Below, piece after piece: positions 1 to 9,348 of a stretch of 64,000 bases of DNA. Location: positions 434,001 through 498,000 of IMG/VR virus record IMGVR_UViG_3300034072_000758. One strand, written 5' to 3'. The notes below the pieces were generated by a model. It saw only the letters and a list, made by a program, of their open reading frames with translations. It made no database searches and was not told the origin of the DNA. The number at the start of each line of letters is the position of its first letter. The stretch's first letter is position 1. Made by a program: the position numbers and the translations under genes.

Positions 1-51
1 TCTCGAAGAAGTAGTCTTCGATGAAAATGATTTCGCAGGATGTGAAGTAAT

Positions 52-375
52 ATGAAATTGATTATTCTTCAAGCTGAACACGCAGAAGCCGCAATCGCTA
101 CTCGCATCGTAACTCTGGAATACGAGTCAAAAGAAGCTGTCGATAAGTTGATCGAAGGCTACCTAGCATCGGCCCCCAAGCCGTTTACTTGGCGCGAATA
201 CCGAGCGACTACGCCGGAAGAACGAGCCAAAAGAAAAGAAGAACGGGAAAATTGGGCTAAAGCTCAACCCGATCTTCAAATCGGCAAAGCGAAATTCCCA
301 GCCGAAGTTCTTGTAAGGGCTTCTACTTACGTGTATGATCTGAATGCGTTCTTCGAAGAGTTTAAGGAAGGTTAA
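52..375 (+). CDS. hypothetical protein
   Basis: 107-aa ORF followed closely by the next ORF; no recognised motif. Confidence 0.7.
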   Translation: MKLIILQAEHAEAAIATRIVTLEYESKEAVDKLIEGYLASAPKPFTWREYRATTPEERAKRKEERENWAKAQPDLQIGKAKFPAEVLVRASTYVYDLNAFFEEFKEG

Positions 376-378
376 TTC

Positions 379-648
379 ATGTACCACTTCATCGCCCTAC
401 TTCTCACGTTTCTTCACGTGATCATCGCCATCATTGTTGGTGGTATCGGTTCAGTTTTGTTCATGTTCAGGACAAAAAATTTCCGCGATCTGACCGCAAT
501 GATTCTGGTCATCGGTGGCATCTATATGCTGATCGGGGCTATTTTCTTCCCGGTGTTTGCTATCGGTTCGTTCGCCCTGTTCTGGCCAGTTTACATCGTC
601 ACCCTGTATCTTCTTCACATCAAGAAAGAAGACAATACGCTCACATAA
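379..648 (+). CDS. small membrane protein (about 3 TM helices)
   Basis: Very hydrophobic 89-aa ORF with AAGGAAGG upstream; stop codon lies inside the downstream tRNA-Thr. Confidence 0.7.
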   Translation: MYHFIALLLTFLHVIIAIIVGGIGSVLFMFRTKNFRDLTAMILVIGGIYMLIGAIFFPVFAIGSFALFWPVYIVTLYLLHIKKEDNTLT

Positions 649-714
649 GTTCAATTGGTAGACTATCTCCTTGGTACGGAGGCAGTAGGAGTTCGAGTCT
701 CCTTGTGAGCACCA
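639..714 (+). tRNA. trnT: tRNA-Thr(GGT)
   Basis: GCTCACA/TGTGAGC acceptor, TCTCC-TTGGTAC-GGAGG anticodon arm, GTTCGAGTC T-loop, encoded CCA. Confidence 0.9.
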
Positions 715-741
715 TAATCGTTATTCACAAGGATCACTCAA

Positions 742-909
742 ATGATGATATTCACTTGGCTATTGTCAGCGGCTTCGCTAAACAATCAGGCACATCTTAG
801 AAATTTGCCGAAGACCAAGATCGACCCAGCACCGAATGAGCATCCGGTTACGGAAACACCTCCAAAAAAGAAAAAGAGAGCTTGGTTCTCTTTGTTGGAC
901 ACCGACTGA
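742..909 (+). CDS. small hypothetical protein (55 aa, not in ORF track)
   Basis: AAGGA upstream of ATG 742; MMIFTWLLSAAS...KKKKRAWFSLLDTD fills the gap up to the convergent cysS. Confidence 0.5.
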   Translation: MMIFTWLLSAASLNNQAHLRNLPKTKIDPAPNEHPVTETPPKKKKRAWFSLLDTD

Positions 910-910
910 T

Positions 911-2245
911 TCACACGAACCAGTCGGTTCCTTCTTTTGTATCCAATAGGGTGACGCCGCGTTCGGCCAAAGCATTCCGAATGATGTCCGCCATGACCCA
1001 ATCTTTACCGGCTCTTGCCAGATTGCGGTCGTAGATCAGACCTTCGATGATTTCACGCTCGTCCTTAGACACATTCTTGAACCAATCCTCGTATCGATGA
1101 TTGAGGACACCAAGCAATTGCGCAGCCGCAACGAACTCGGACTTGGTTTCCGGCTTCATCAAACTGGATAATTCAGCCAGAGCCAAAGGCGTATTCAGAT
1201 CATCATGAAGATGATCGAGGAATGATTGTGGCACCGGAACTTCGTGCGTGGTGAGCTTTGCCGTCTGGCGCAGGAAGGCATAGTAGCCATCCAGCCGGTT
1301 CTTCGTGGTTTGAAGAAGTTCTGGGGTCCAATTCAAGACGGTTCTATAATGCGCTGAGAGCAACGCCAAGCGCACGATTTCCCCATCCCATTCCTTTACG
1401 AGATCGTGGACCAACACGACATTCCCTACCGACTTGGACATCTTGCCGTTATTGGTCAGGAACTCGTTATGCATCCAGTAGCGGGAATACTCGTGATTAT
1501 GGCCGCAATGACCTTGAGCACATAACCCCTGAGAGATTTCATTCTCATGGTGCGGAAAGGCCAAGTCTATACCCCCGCCATGAATGTCGATAGGAAGACC
1601 CAGATTGGCTTCAATCATGGCCGAGCACTCAATGTGCCAACCGGGGCGTCCAGCACCCCACGGACTTTCCCAAGCCGGTTCACCGGGCTTCGACGGTTTC
1701 CATAGTACGAAGTCTTTTTGGTCGCGCTTATACGACACCTCACCGATCCGGCTTTCGGCTTCGTCATCCGAACCATTGGAGAAAACACCATGATCCGGGT
1801 ATGAATCCACGTCAAACAAAACGTGACCTTCCGACACATACGCATGGCCGTTCTTGATCAGACGCACAATCATGTCGATCATGGCCGGGATATGGTTGGT
1901 CGCCAGAGGTTCAATGGGAGGCCGTAGGACGCCCACGGAGGCCATGTCTTGACGATATATGTCCGTGTAGCGTTCAGCAATAACCTTGTAGTCCACGCCC
2001 TCCTGAGAGGCTTTCTGGATGATTTTATCATCGATGTCGGTGATGTTCCGAGCATAGATGACATGGTTATTTCCATACTTGTGGCGGAGAACACGAAACA
2101 GCAAATCGAATACGACCGCTGGGCGGGCATTGCCGATATGTGCGTGATTATATACCGTAGGACCACAGACGTACATCGTAATCCGGTTAGGATTTCGAGG
2201 AACGAAAGTTTCTTTGGATCGAGTTTTGCTGTTGAATATCTTCAT
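911..2245 (-). CDS. cysS: cysteinyl-tRNA synthetase
   Basis: MYVCGPTVY, HIGN, RNITDIDDKII, GRPGWHIECSAM, DIHGGG.DL.FPHHENE, KMSKS; start set at MKIFNS by family N-terminus. Confidence 0.97.
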   Translation of the reverse strand: MKIFNSKTRSKETFVPRNPNRITMYVCGPTVYNHAHIGNARPAVVFDLLFRVLRHKYGNNHVIYARNITDIDDKIIQKASQEGVDYKVIAERYTDIYRQDMASVGVLRPPIEPLATNHIPAMIDMIVRLIKNGHAYVSEGHVLFDVDSYPDHGVFSNGSDDEAESRIGEVSYKRDQKDFVLWKPSKPGEPAWESPWGAGRPGWHIECSAMIEANLGLPIDIHGGGIDLAFPHHENEISQGLCAQGHCGHNHEYSRYWMHNEFLTNNGKMSKSVGNVVLVHDLVKEWDGEIVRLALLSAHYRTVLNWTPELLQTTKNRLDGYYAFLRQTAKLTTHEVPVPQSFLDHLHDDLNTPLALAELSSLMKPETKSEFVAAAQLLGVLNHRYEDWFKNVSKDEREIIEGLIYDRNLARAGKDWVMADIIRNALAERGVTLLDTKEGTDWFV

Positions 2246-2290
2246 AGATAAATTCCTAACATAACCAATGACTGTTGGCAACACTATGGC

Positions 2291-2318
2291 TTGACAATAT
2301 TAATTACCATGCTAGACT
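2291..2318 (+). promoter_or_regulatory. sigma70-type early promoter
   Basis: TTGACA-16 nt-TAGACT (GCTAGACT) upstream of the early ORF cluster; similar promoters at 7294, 12370, 21789, 26238, 33083, 41873. Confidence 0.7.
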
Positions 2319-2348
2319 AGAATTAGAAAATATTGGAGATTAGTTTAC

Positions 2349-2600
2349 ATGATGACCCTCGACATGGCTGAAATGGAATACGATTTGAGTAAGAAAGCCC
2401 TGACTTTCTACATGGATCGTGGCGAAGCTTGGCCAAGCGAAGTCGAAGTGGTATCGCATCATACGGGTCGTGTCATCCGTTTTGTTTACGATTTGGAACT
2501 GGCTCAACAAAATGATTTCTGGGACGGCGAACTGACCGCCTTAAAACCAACCGAAGAATGTAATGTGAAAACCCTCTGGCTGGTGCCGTGTTTCCGATGA
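2349..2600 (+). CDS. hypothetical protein
   Basis: GGAG RBS after promoter; first gene of a tightly packed operon. Confidence 0.7.
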   Translation: MMTLDMAEMEYDLSKKALTFYMDRGEAWPSEVEVVSHHTGRVIRFVYDLELAQQNDFWDGELTALKPTEECNVKTLWLVPCFR

Positions 2601-2920
2601 CTGATGCCGAATATGAAAAATTAGCTCGCCGGGTCGCACACCTTATGGGGGACGACGATGCGGCTGCAAAGAGCCTGTGGCGGATGGCTGCGGGCTGTCG
2701 AGAACGCGCTGTAGAAGTCGTCCGCGCCTTCGGACAACATCTTAGTGCCGGTCTGGCCAAAACTTTAATTGAGACCGATAATGATTTCTGCGATTATGTT
2801 TGCGCATATGTCATCAACGGTGGTCTTGAAGTCGAATGGTTGTATTGGAGCCGCGATGAATATGACGCCGATCATGATCTCAAAAGAATAGCCGCGATAG
2901 CCAAGAAAGCACTGATATGA
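2588..2920 (+). CDS. hypothetical protein
   Basis: Overlapping operon ORF; start may be ATG 2597. Confidence 0.65.
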   Translation: MFPMTDAEYEKLARRVAHLMGDDDAAAKSLWRMAAGCRERAVEVVRAFGQHLSAGLAKTLIETDNDFCDYVCAYVINGGLEVEWLYWSRDEYDADHDLKRIAAIAKKALI

Positions 2921-3213
2921 ATCAGCCATTGTACAAAGTAGTAATGCGGGCAGAAGAAATCAAAGATGGCTCAACCGTCACCAAAAAGACGGGTGAAGTT
3001 CAGTATACGTTCAAGAACAAATTGTCGCTGTACCAAACTCAAACCAAAGGGGAACCACCCATTCTTCCGGTCATTATCGAAGGATACTTCCTCGTTGGTG
3101 CTAGAGGACAAATCAATCAGATCAAAGGCGATCTGGAACTGATGATGACCATGACCGCCGAAGAGTTGTTGTGGTTTGCTCAAGAACTTTGTGATGAAGA
3201 GGAAGACAAATGA
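2917..3213 (+). CDS. hypothetical protein
   Basis: ATGA-coupled operon ORF. Confidence 0.65.
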   Translation: MNQPLYKVVMRAEEIKDGSTVTKKTGEVQYTFKNKLSLYQTQTKGEPPILPVIIEGYFLVGARGQINQIKGDLELMMTMTAEELLWFAQELCDEEEDK

Positions 3214-3392
3214 AATTTTGTGTGACGGCTGAAAACGATCAAGGTCTAACCTTTCAGGTTACATTCCATAATCCCAATTGGAATGGCGCAACGGCTGCTG
3301 CGCAGCGCGCCGTAAATAAGGCGGTGAAGGCCGATCCTTTCCATAAAAAGCATGGACCGTTCTTGGCCAAGAATATCGACGTGACAGCATGA
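3210..3392 (+). CDS. hypothetical protein
   Basis: ATGA-coupled operon ORF. Confidence 0.6.
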   Translation: MKFCVTAENDQGLTFQVTFHNPNWNGATAAAQRAVNKAVKADPFHKKHGPFLAKNIDVTA

Positions 3393-4159
3393 AGCGAATC
3401 AACCCCATAACCAATAGTGCGCAGGATAAGAGAGATTTTAAGATCAGAACGTTCTCTGATCTTAATCACTATCTCGACACGTTTTTGGGCGGGGAGATTG
3501 CGCGTTGTGCGAAGGCTACGGTCTTCTTCATGATTAATCGCATGTTGGATCAACCTGCCACCAAACCATTTAAACCCTTCACAATGGGTGATATTTTACG
3601 AGTGACCGGGGAAGACATCGATGTCGTGGTCCCTTCGACAAGCTGGCTTCAAAATCTCGACATTCTTGTGTTTGATCGGTCGATTGGTGACAATGATCCA
3701 ATCACCCTGAAATATAGCACTCTTTTTAAAGACTTATATCGAAATAACGATCTGGGCGCTGGGCCGAAACCAGTACCAACCCCACCTATTATCCCCCGGT
3801 TGTTGGCGGCAATTGATGGCACGGTTGACCACGAGCACAATGTCAGAGAAAAAGAAGATCGGGTATTTACTAAGACAATCCATCGTTTTCTTAATACCAA
3901 CAGACTTTTTCTTCAATACTCTCTGACCAAATGTGCCGGTAAAGAAGATAGTCATATATCCAATGATCGCAAACCAATGGTTGTTATTGAATTTATTCAT
4001 AGCTATGTTGGAATTATAGGACACACTTGGTTTACGGGCGCGGGCAAAGTATTAGCTCCCGAAACCAATGTTTATTACAAGGTTCGTCCCAAAAAAGGGT
4101 CTTCGCTCGAAGAGGCCGAAGAAGAACTTATGTTGCTGATGATGGAGGAAAGAATATGA
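3389..4159 (+). CDS. hypothetical protein with acidic-then-hydrophobic C-terminal motif
   Basis: 256 aa, ATGA-coupled; ends EEAEEELMLLMMEERI. Confidence 0.7.
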   Translation: MKRINPITNSAQDKRDFKIRTFSDLNHYLDTFLGGEIARCAKATVFFMINRMLDQPATKPFKPFTMGDILRVTGEDIDVVVPSTSWLQNLDILVFDRSIGDNDPITLKYSTLFKDLYRNNDLGAGPKPVPTPPIIPRLLAAIDGTVDHEHNVREKEDRVFTKTIHRFLNTNRLFLQYSLTKCAGKEDSHISNDRKPMVVIEFIHSYVGIIGHTWFTGAGKVLAPETNVYYKVRPKKGSSLEEAEEELMLLMMEERI

Positions 4160-4285
4160 AAATAGCTATGATTGTCGCGGCTATAGCTTTGTGCTATACC
4201 GGCAACAACACGACCAAAGAAACCACCGATCTTGAGAACGCGCAATGGGTTCAGGGTCTTATGAATATTTTGACTGCTGTGAAAT

Positions 4286-4984
4286 ATGAAACTCCGTCCG
4301 TTACGCGATGTGATTCTTGAAGGCTTAGGTGAGGCTTGGAAATATTATCCAAAGAACCTCGCCTTAAAGAAATGCTTTCAGATCATCGGTGAAATTGAAA
4401 GCTCCAAAAAGACGGGGTTCGATGACCTGTGCCAAGCCATACAATCTTTACCGGATGGCAGCATTAAAATTTCTCGTTGTCTCGACTATTACAAGACCGT
4501 AACTTTCGATCTTAACGCAGTAGAAAGCGGCGAGATCGATTTATATAGAGCTATGGTGGAAGATGACACTTGGCACTCTGTTTTTGATTTACACATGATT
4601 AAAAATCACGCCAGTATCATCCCAGCCCCATCGGTATCCAGAAAGCTGATTAATTTTGGGTATTGTCTTCATTGTTGTTTGAAGGCTACCACAACAAAAT
4701 ACGCAAGTATGTTATGTCGAGTTATAGAAGCGCTTTCGAACGAAAATTGGAAGATGTTTACTTACCATTGCCAACATGGCTATAACAACGGCATCCCGGC
4801 ATCAAGATCAATATTAAGCTGGCTGCGCTACGAGTATCAAGTAGGCCAGTATGGTCCCGATTACGATCTCTTAGCCGATGTTATAGCGATAATGGACCGG
4901 AACACTTCGTTGGCTATAGATAAATGGTTCGACCAATGCCTCATTGAGACGCGGGAGAGCGACCATAATGCAAGTGATAAATGA
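4286..4984 (+). CDS. hypothetical protein
   Basis: 232-aa ORF ending the + operon. Confidence 0.65.
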   Translation: MKLRPLRDVILEGLGEAWKYYPKNLALKKCFQIIGEIESSKKTGFDDLCQAIQSLPDGSIKISRCLDYYKTVTFDLNAVESGEIDLYRAMVEDDTWHSVFDLHMIKNHASIIPAPSVSRKLINFGYCLHCCLKATTTKYASMLCRVIEALSNENWKMFTYHCQHGYNNGIPASRSILSWLRYEYQVGQYGPDYDLLADVIAIMDRNTSLAIDKWFDQCLIETRESDHNASDK

Positions 4985-5390
4985 TCTCGTACTGCGGCGG
5001 CTCTATAAATTCTGGCTTAATAAAGACGGTGACGGCTTCATCAAAACTGGTTGATATGCTTTTCCGATTGACTGTTCGGAAAAGCATATAAGGATGAATC
5101 TTATTACCTTGGTCGATTTCGCGTTTCAACTCTGAGCGGATTTTGAGAATTGCGGTCGAATCATATAGATAATCCTGTCGTAACAAGATGCCATTTTCCA
5201 CGTCAAACCTGAACATTCTCGACATGGCTTGAACCGGGTCTTTGTGTCCAGCAAACATATTTACCGGGGCAGTCATAGGCTCATCAAACAAATCTTCTAG
5301 CTGATCAATAGGCATAATCTTGGCGCTGGAATATTGTAGCCTGAGATTTGCCATATTGATGTTTAATTTGTACGCGACGTATGAGGTCAT
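4941..5390 (-). CDS. hypothetical protein
   Basis: Start moved to MTSYV (5390), which gives an ATGA overlap with the upstream gene's stop. Confidence 0.6.
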   Translation of the reverse strand: MTSYVAYKLNINMANLRLQYSSAKIMPIDQLEDLFDEPMTAPVNMFAGHKDPVQAMSRMFRFDVENGILLRQDYLYDSTAILKIRSELKREIDQGNKIHPYMLFRTVNRKSISTSFDEAVTVFIKPEFIEPPQYEIIYHLHYGRSPASQ

Positions 5391-5608
5391 TGATAAGCAC
5401 CACTGGTAATGGACGCCAGAAGACGCATAACGGCCTCTGGATGCGTCTTCATTGCGTCGATGGGGCGAAGATACCCAAGGGCGCGTTTCTCGGTGTACGC
5501 CCATTCTTTAGCCCAAGAATCGATGTCGAAGTTCTTATGTTCGTCATCTTTGTCCGCATTTTCCCAGACCGCACGAGCTTGAGCTATGATTTGTTCAAGG
5601 TCAGTCAC
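5387..5608 (-). CDS. Xre/MbcA/ParS-type antitoxin C-terminal domain protein (DUF2384-like)
   Basis: W...EKRALGYLRPIDAMKT...VMRLLASITSGAYQ matches the family pattern W..P..ALG..RP.D...T......V..LL..I..G.Y. Confidence 0.7.
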   Translation of the reverse strand: MTDLEQIIAQARAVWENADKDDEHKNFDIDSWAKEWAYTEKRALGYLRPIDAMKTHPEAVMRLLASITSGAYQ

Positions 5609-5789
5609 GGAGCACCAATGGGGCTTCCGACGCTTGTTCTATGCGATACGCCTTCTCATGCCAGAACTCGAACATTTTAAGATCGTTCTTGGTCAAGGCG
5701 TGACGGAGTTCATCTATGTACCCTTGCCTCAACTCAGGAGGAAGGCTCATAAAATCGGCGACGGTTAATCTGAATGATAATGTGCTCAT
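5601..5789 (-). CDS. hypothetical protein
   Basis: 62 aa, overlaps the next gene of the minus operon. Confidence 0.55.
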   Translation of the reverse strand: MSTLSFRLTVADFMSLPPELRQGYIDELRHALTKNDLKMFEFWHEKAYRIEQASEAPLVLRD

Positions 5790-5869
5790 ATCACGAGCAT
5801 ATCAAAGATAGTTAATAAATGGCAATTTTAAAATTGATTTATCGAGACCATATTTGATATATTTACTAC

Positions 5870-6157
5870 ATGACAACAGATACAGATTTCCGAAAGATCA
5901 TCGCCGAAGCGTTCAAGAATGCTGACGCCAAACCAGAATATGAACGCGCCGAATACCTGATCAGGGAATTGACCGGCGTGATTGCTTTGAAGCCGGATTT
6001 GGAAAGCTTCAACGACTGTGTTATGGGGAATTTCAACATTCGCCTTGTGATGAATAGAGCCGAATGGTATACCCCCGCGTTACGAGTGTCTGAATACATG
6101 GCCGCGCTCTTTACCGAGACGGCTAGGATTAAAGACGAGTGGGAAAAGTCGGAATAA
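5870..6157 (+). CDS. hypothetical protein
   Basis: 95-aa ORF after an AT-rich promoter region. Confidence 0.65.
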   Translation: MTTDTDFRKIIAEAFKNADAKPEYERAEYLIRELTGVIALKPDLESFNDCVMGNFNIRLVMNRAEWYTPALRVSEYMAALFTETARIKDEWEKSE

Positions 6158-6249
6158 CTTTTCCACAGGTTTCAGTCCTTATTGTTATATTATGGTTGAC
6201 TTTGATACTAAATAGAATTATAGTCACCAAATAGACCGTAAGGTCATGT

Positions 6250-6325
6250 TCCTCGGTAGCTCAGTTGGTAGAGCGCCTGACTGTTAATCAGGATGTCACA
6301 GGTTCGAGTCCTGTCCGAGGAGCCA
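6250..6325 (+). tRNA. trnN: tRNA-Asn(GTT)
   Basis: TCCTCGG/CCGAGGA acceptor, CCTGA-CTGTTAA-TCAGG, GGTTCGAGTCC, encoded CCA. Confidence 0.95.
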
Positions 6326-6381
6326 TTAAAATTCGTGCGTTGTTTACCGCGTTGTAGCGGAGTAATAAATACGCACTATAT

Positions 6382-6453
6382 GGCCGATTAGCTCAGTGGT
6401 AGAGCGTCTCGTTTACACCGAGAATGTCGGGAGTTCGACCCTCTCATCGGCTA
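6382..6453 (+). tRNA. trnV: tRNA-Val(TAC), CCA not encoded
   Basis: GGCCGAT/ATCGGCT acceptor, TCTCG-TTTACAC-CGAGA; followed by CCATCC-TTCG-GATGG-TTTTCTT hairpin. Confidence 0.93.
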
Positions 6454-6538
6454 CCCATCCTTCGGATGGTTTTCTTTATATAAAAATAATTTTGCGGTTG
6501 CGAAATTATAAATAATGTATTAAGATGTCCTTAGATAT

Positions 6539-6610
6539 GCGGGTGTAACTCAGCGGTAGAGTGTCAGCCTTCCAAGCTGTTCGTCGCAGGTTCGATCCCT
6601 GTCACCCGCT
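6539..6610 (+). tRNA. trnG: tRNA-Gly(TCC), CCA not encoded
   Basis: GCGGGTG/CACCCGC acceptor, U73, TCAGC-CTTCCAA-GCTGT. Confidence 0.93.
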
Positions 6611-6629
6611 CTCTACAAAGGACATCAAG

Positions 6630-6872
6630 ATGAAACTCTTCCATTACACGAAAGAAGGCGAGCCAACCAAGGTTGGTTTCAATTTCTATCCGCCTAACGA
6701 TCCGAGTTCGATTGGCTTTAAGCTGATGTTCTCGCGCCGCCATCTGATCTATCTTCGTTGGTCTAAGATCAGAAAGAAGCTCCATTTCAACATCCGCTGG
6801 ATGTCTAAAGATCAATATGAGCATTCCCGCGCGCTCTATGAGATTTATAACACGCGGGTTGAGCGTCACTAA
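6630..6872 (+). CDS. hypothetical protein
   Basis: AAAGGA RBS then MKLFHY; the upstream in-frame part overlaps tRNA-Gly and is rejected. Confidence 0.65.
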   Translation: MKLFHYTKEGEPTKVGFNFYPPNDPSSIGFKLMFSRRHLIYLRWSKIRKKLHFNIRWMSKDQYEHSRALYEIYNTRVERH

Positions 6873-6900
6873 TCCGGGTCGTGGAACTACCGCCCTCTGA

Positions 6901-6926
6901 AAAAGCCTCCGCAAGGGGGCTTTTTT
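6901..6926 (+). terminator. intrinsic terminator
   Basis: AAAAGCCTCC-GCAA-GGGGGCTTTTTT. Confidence 0.85.
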
Positions 6927-6962
6927 ATTGCCTCAAAGTAATCATTCGTATAGTATTGAAAC

Positions 6963-7292
6963 ATGAGTATTACCGATAATATAAAACCATTTCTACCAGT
7001 AATTCACAATATGCTGGATAATAAACAAGAGACCTTTGATTTTCATATTCAACTAGAAAATACAGAAACGCTTGTGTCTATTAAAAACGAATGGGGTAAT
7101 ATGACTCGCAGTAGTGAGGAATTTACGATAATTGCTCACGGGTATTTTTGTTATACTTTGTTTATGGTCCCCGGACTTGATGGCGACAAAAAAGTATATC
7201 GATACGAAAAATCCCCCACGTTCTTTCTAAACGACCGCACCGAAGAAGACATGGAAGACGTGATTTTTGAAATAACCATGCGTCTTATGTAA
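6963..7292 (+). CDS. hypothetical protein, shared C-terminal motif
   Basis: AT-rich 109 aa, ends EDMEDVIFEITMRLM. Confidence 0.7.
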   Translation: MSITDNIKPFLPVIHNMLDNKQETFDFHIQLENTETLVSIKNEWGNMTRSSEEFTIIAHGYFCYTLFMVPGLDGDKKVYRYEKSPTFFLNDRTEEDMEDVIFEITMRLM

Positions 7293-7346
7293 CTTGACAC
7301 GATGTCAATATTAACATAATCTATCTTCTTCCATGAGGATGAATTT

Positions 7347-7718
7347 ATGATCGACGCAAAGATTTTCGAGCCTATGTTTAAGCGGGCTTGGGCGGAAATG
7401 GGTAAATCCCTCCCGGTCGTAATTCCATTCTACTATACCAGTAAGAGTGAACAAATCACGCTCAATCTTCATAGCTTTAGCATTGAGAATCGCGGCTTTG
7501 ACGAACCGTTTACTGGTTTTGTCACTATGGACATCAATCTGTCAAATAAAGCGCGCTTCGTGATCCTAGTAGAATTTGACGGAAGCTACACCCAACTAAA
7601 TGGGATTACCGTTCACCGGATCAATAAGCTTTCTCACAAGTACGGGTTTCCTCGCCTTCGTGCGAATAGCACTGATGTAGAAAATATTCTGGCGTATTTG
7701 ATAATGGCTGTATTCTAA
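7347..7718 (+). CDS. hypothetical protein, shared C-terminal motif
   Basis: 123 aa, GAGGA RBS, ends DVENILAYLIMAVF. Confidence 0.7.
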   Translation: MIDAKIFEPMFKRAWAEMGKSLPVVIPFYYTSKSEQITLNLHSFSIENRGFDEPFTGFVTMDINLSNKARFVILVEFDGSYTQLNGITVHRINKLSHKYGFPRLRANSTDVENILAYLIMAVF

Positions 7719-8080
7719 TGATCGACGCTCGTAATTTCGCCACCATGTTATACAGGATAACAGATGGCAATCCTTTAACCACAGATTTGGGGTACGTCCG
7801 GCTACACTATCGGATCGACGGTGAGGAAGATTTCATCATATTCGATATTACGGGTCATGCATATCATCCGGTCATAGAGGGACAGACTGGTGTTTCAGAA
7901 ACATTTATGACTATTCGACACCAACACTTCTATATGAAGGTTGGTGTTTGGTATAGCGAAGTTTCCAAATCCATTATAAGGGCATGGTACAGAAATGGGT
8001 GGGATAATAAAGCGGTGTATAAAATTTATAATCAAGAGGACGCTGAGAAGCATATAATGGCGGCTATGCTATATGTCTAG
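7718..8080 (+). CDS. hypothetical protein, shared C-terminal motif
   Basis: TAATG-coupled; same MIDA start as previous gene; ends EDAEKHIMAAMLYV. Confidence 0.7.
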   Translation: MIDARNFATMLYRITDGNPLTTDLGYVRLHYRIDGEEDFIIFDITGHAYHPVIEGQTGVSETFMTIRHQHFYMKVGVWYSEVSKSIIRAWYRNGWDNKAVYKIYNQEDAEKHIMAAMLYV

Positions 8081-8456
8081 CCAACCATTCGATAGCAATC
8101 CAGAGTATGTAAAGAATCTTCCTTGGGGGTGTATTGCGCGACTTTGCCAAAGTAATATTAAAAAGAGATTCTTAGAATTTAATGATCAAGATTTCGTTTT
8201 TTCTGTAGATGAACTCACCAATGGTGTGGATACTGCGAGGTATCATGTATTACTTTCTGAAATACAAATCGATCCTATATACGGAATATATCGTTATACA
8301 AAAAAGCTGTTCACCGCTTACGTTCATTTTGAGCGCGTGGAAAATCGCTTAATGGGTTCTAAACCACCTCTCTCTTTGTATATGCCCGTCGAGCTTTACG
8401 AGGACGACGCACCGTTAGTAGAAGAGGTGATTTTTATGATGGCATTATTATCCTGA
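8073..8456 (+). CDS. hypothetical protein, shared C-terminal motif
   Basis: 127 aa, ends LVEEVIFMMALLS. Confidence 0.7.
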   Translation: MSSQPFDSNPEYVKNLPWGCIARLCQSNIKKRFLEFNDQDFVFSVDELTNGVDTARYHVLLSEIQIDPIYGIYRYTKKLFTAYVHFERVENRLMGSKPPLSLYMPVELYEDDAPLVEEVIFMMALLS

Positions 8457-8520
8457 TAGGCAAAAAATAAGGACAATTAAGCACGGCTATTTAGGGGCTA
8501 TCCGGCTTCTAAATATTTTT

Positions 8521-9348
8521 ATGGCCTTCTTGAATTTAGATTTACGTCCAGTATCCAAGAAAATCGACTCCTTCGTCAGTTACGTTGATAAGCGTGTTGA
8601 CGAAATGGATTTATATACTCAGACCATGTTGTTCTGTGAACTGAGTTGCTTGGCGTACTTCTCTCATAACGAGGTTCAGGATTGGGCCAAAAAATTAAAT
8701 TTCCTGTCAGTAGTCGCTATCGAGAATGATGGTGGGTTGGCATATCTGTTCGAAACGGAAACCGATCTGATCTTGTCGTTCCGTGGGAGTGATAATGCTC
8801 AGAATCGTAAAACCAACTTCGACCTCGATCTAGTGAAGGATGGAGCTTTAGCCGGTAAAGTTCACCACGGTTTCTTGAAGCTGGCAGACAAGATGATCAA
8901 CAGCTTTGTAACGCTGCTGGATGCTAATAATTGTGAAAAGAAGGTTTGGGTAACAGGACATTCTCTGGGAGGCGCAATAGCTGCGATCATGGCCGTGAAA
9001 GCCGAGCGTCGAGTCGGACCTAATGTTGATGGTATCGTGACTTTCGGCCAACCTAAGATAGGCAATCATGCCTATATCAAGGGAATTACTACCCCGTATT
9101 ATCGTTGGGTAAACCACGAAGACATCGTATCGAAGCTTCCGATGTGGTTACCTCATTTTGGTTCATTAAAATATCTTAACAACAAAGGTGATCTGAGCAT
9201 TCAGACTTTTATTTCCACTTTGTTTATATTCCCTTCTACCCAATCGATAGAAGATCATGACATCGTGAAATATCGCGCTGTTCTGGAAAAACAAAAGGGG
9301 AAGGAACTTAATCCCTCCCCTATGACATTCTTCAAACTTATTAAGTAA
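8521..9348 (+). CDS. class 3 lipase / phospholipase (alpha/beta hydrolase)
   Basis: LSFRGS, GKVHHGF, VWVTGHSLGG, TFGQPKIGN, VNHEDIVSKLP, C-terminal DH; TAAATA 5 nt before ATG. Confidence 0.9.
   Translation: MAFLNLDLRPVSKKIDSFVSYVDKRVDEMDLYTQTMLFCELSCLAYFSHNEVQDWAKKLNFLSVVAIENDGGLAYLFETETDLILSFRGSDNAQNRKTNFDLDLVKDGALAGKVHHGFLKLADKMINSFVTLLDANNCEKKVWVTGHSLGGAIAAIMAVKAERRVGPNVDGIVTFGQPKIGNHAYIKGITTPYYRWVNHEDIVSKLPMWLPHFGSLKYLNNKGDLSIQTFISTLFIFPSTQSIEDHDIVKYRAVLEKQKGKELNPSPMTFFKLIK

Noticed and set aside
4941-5390. Cognate RES toxin for the DUF2384-like protein
   Set aside because: No conserved R-E-S motifs are recognisable in either neighbour.
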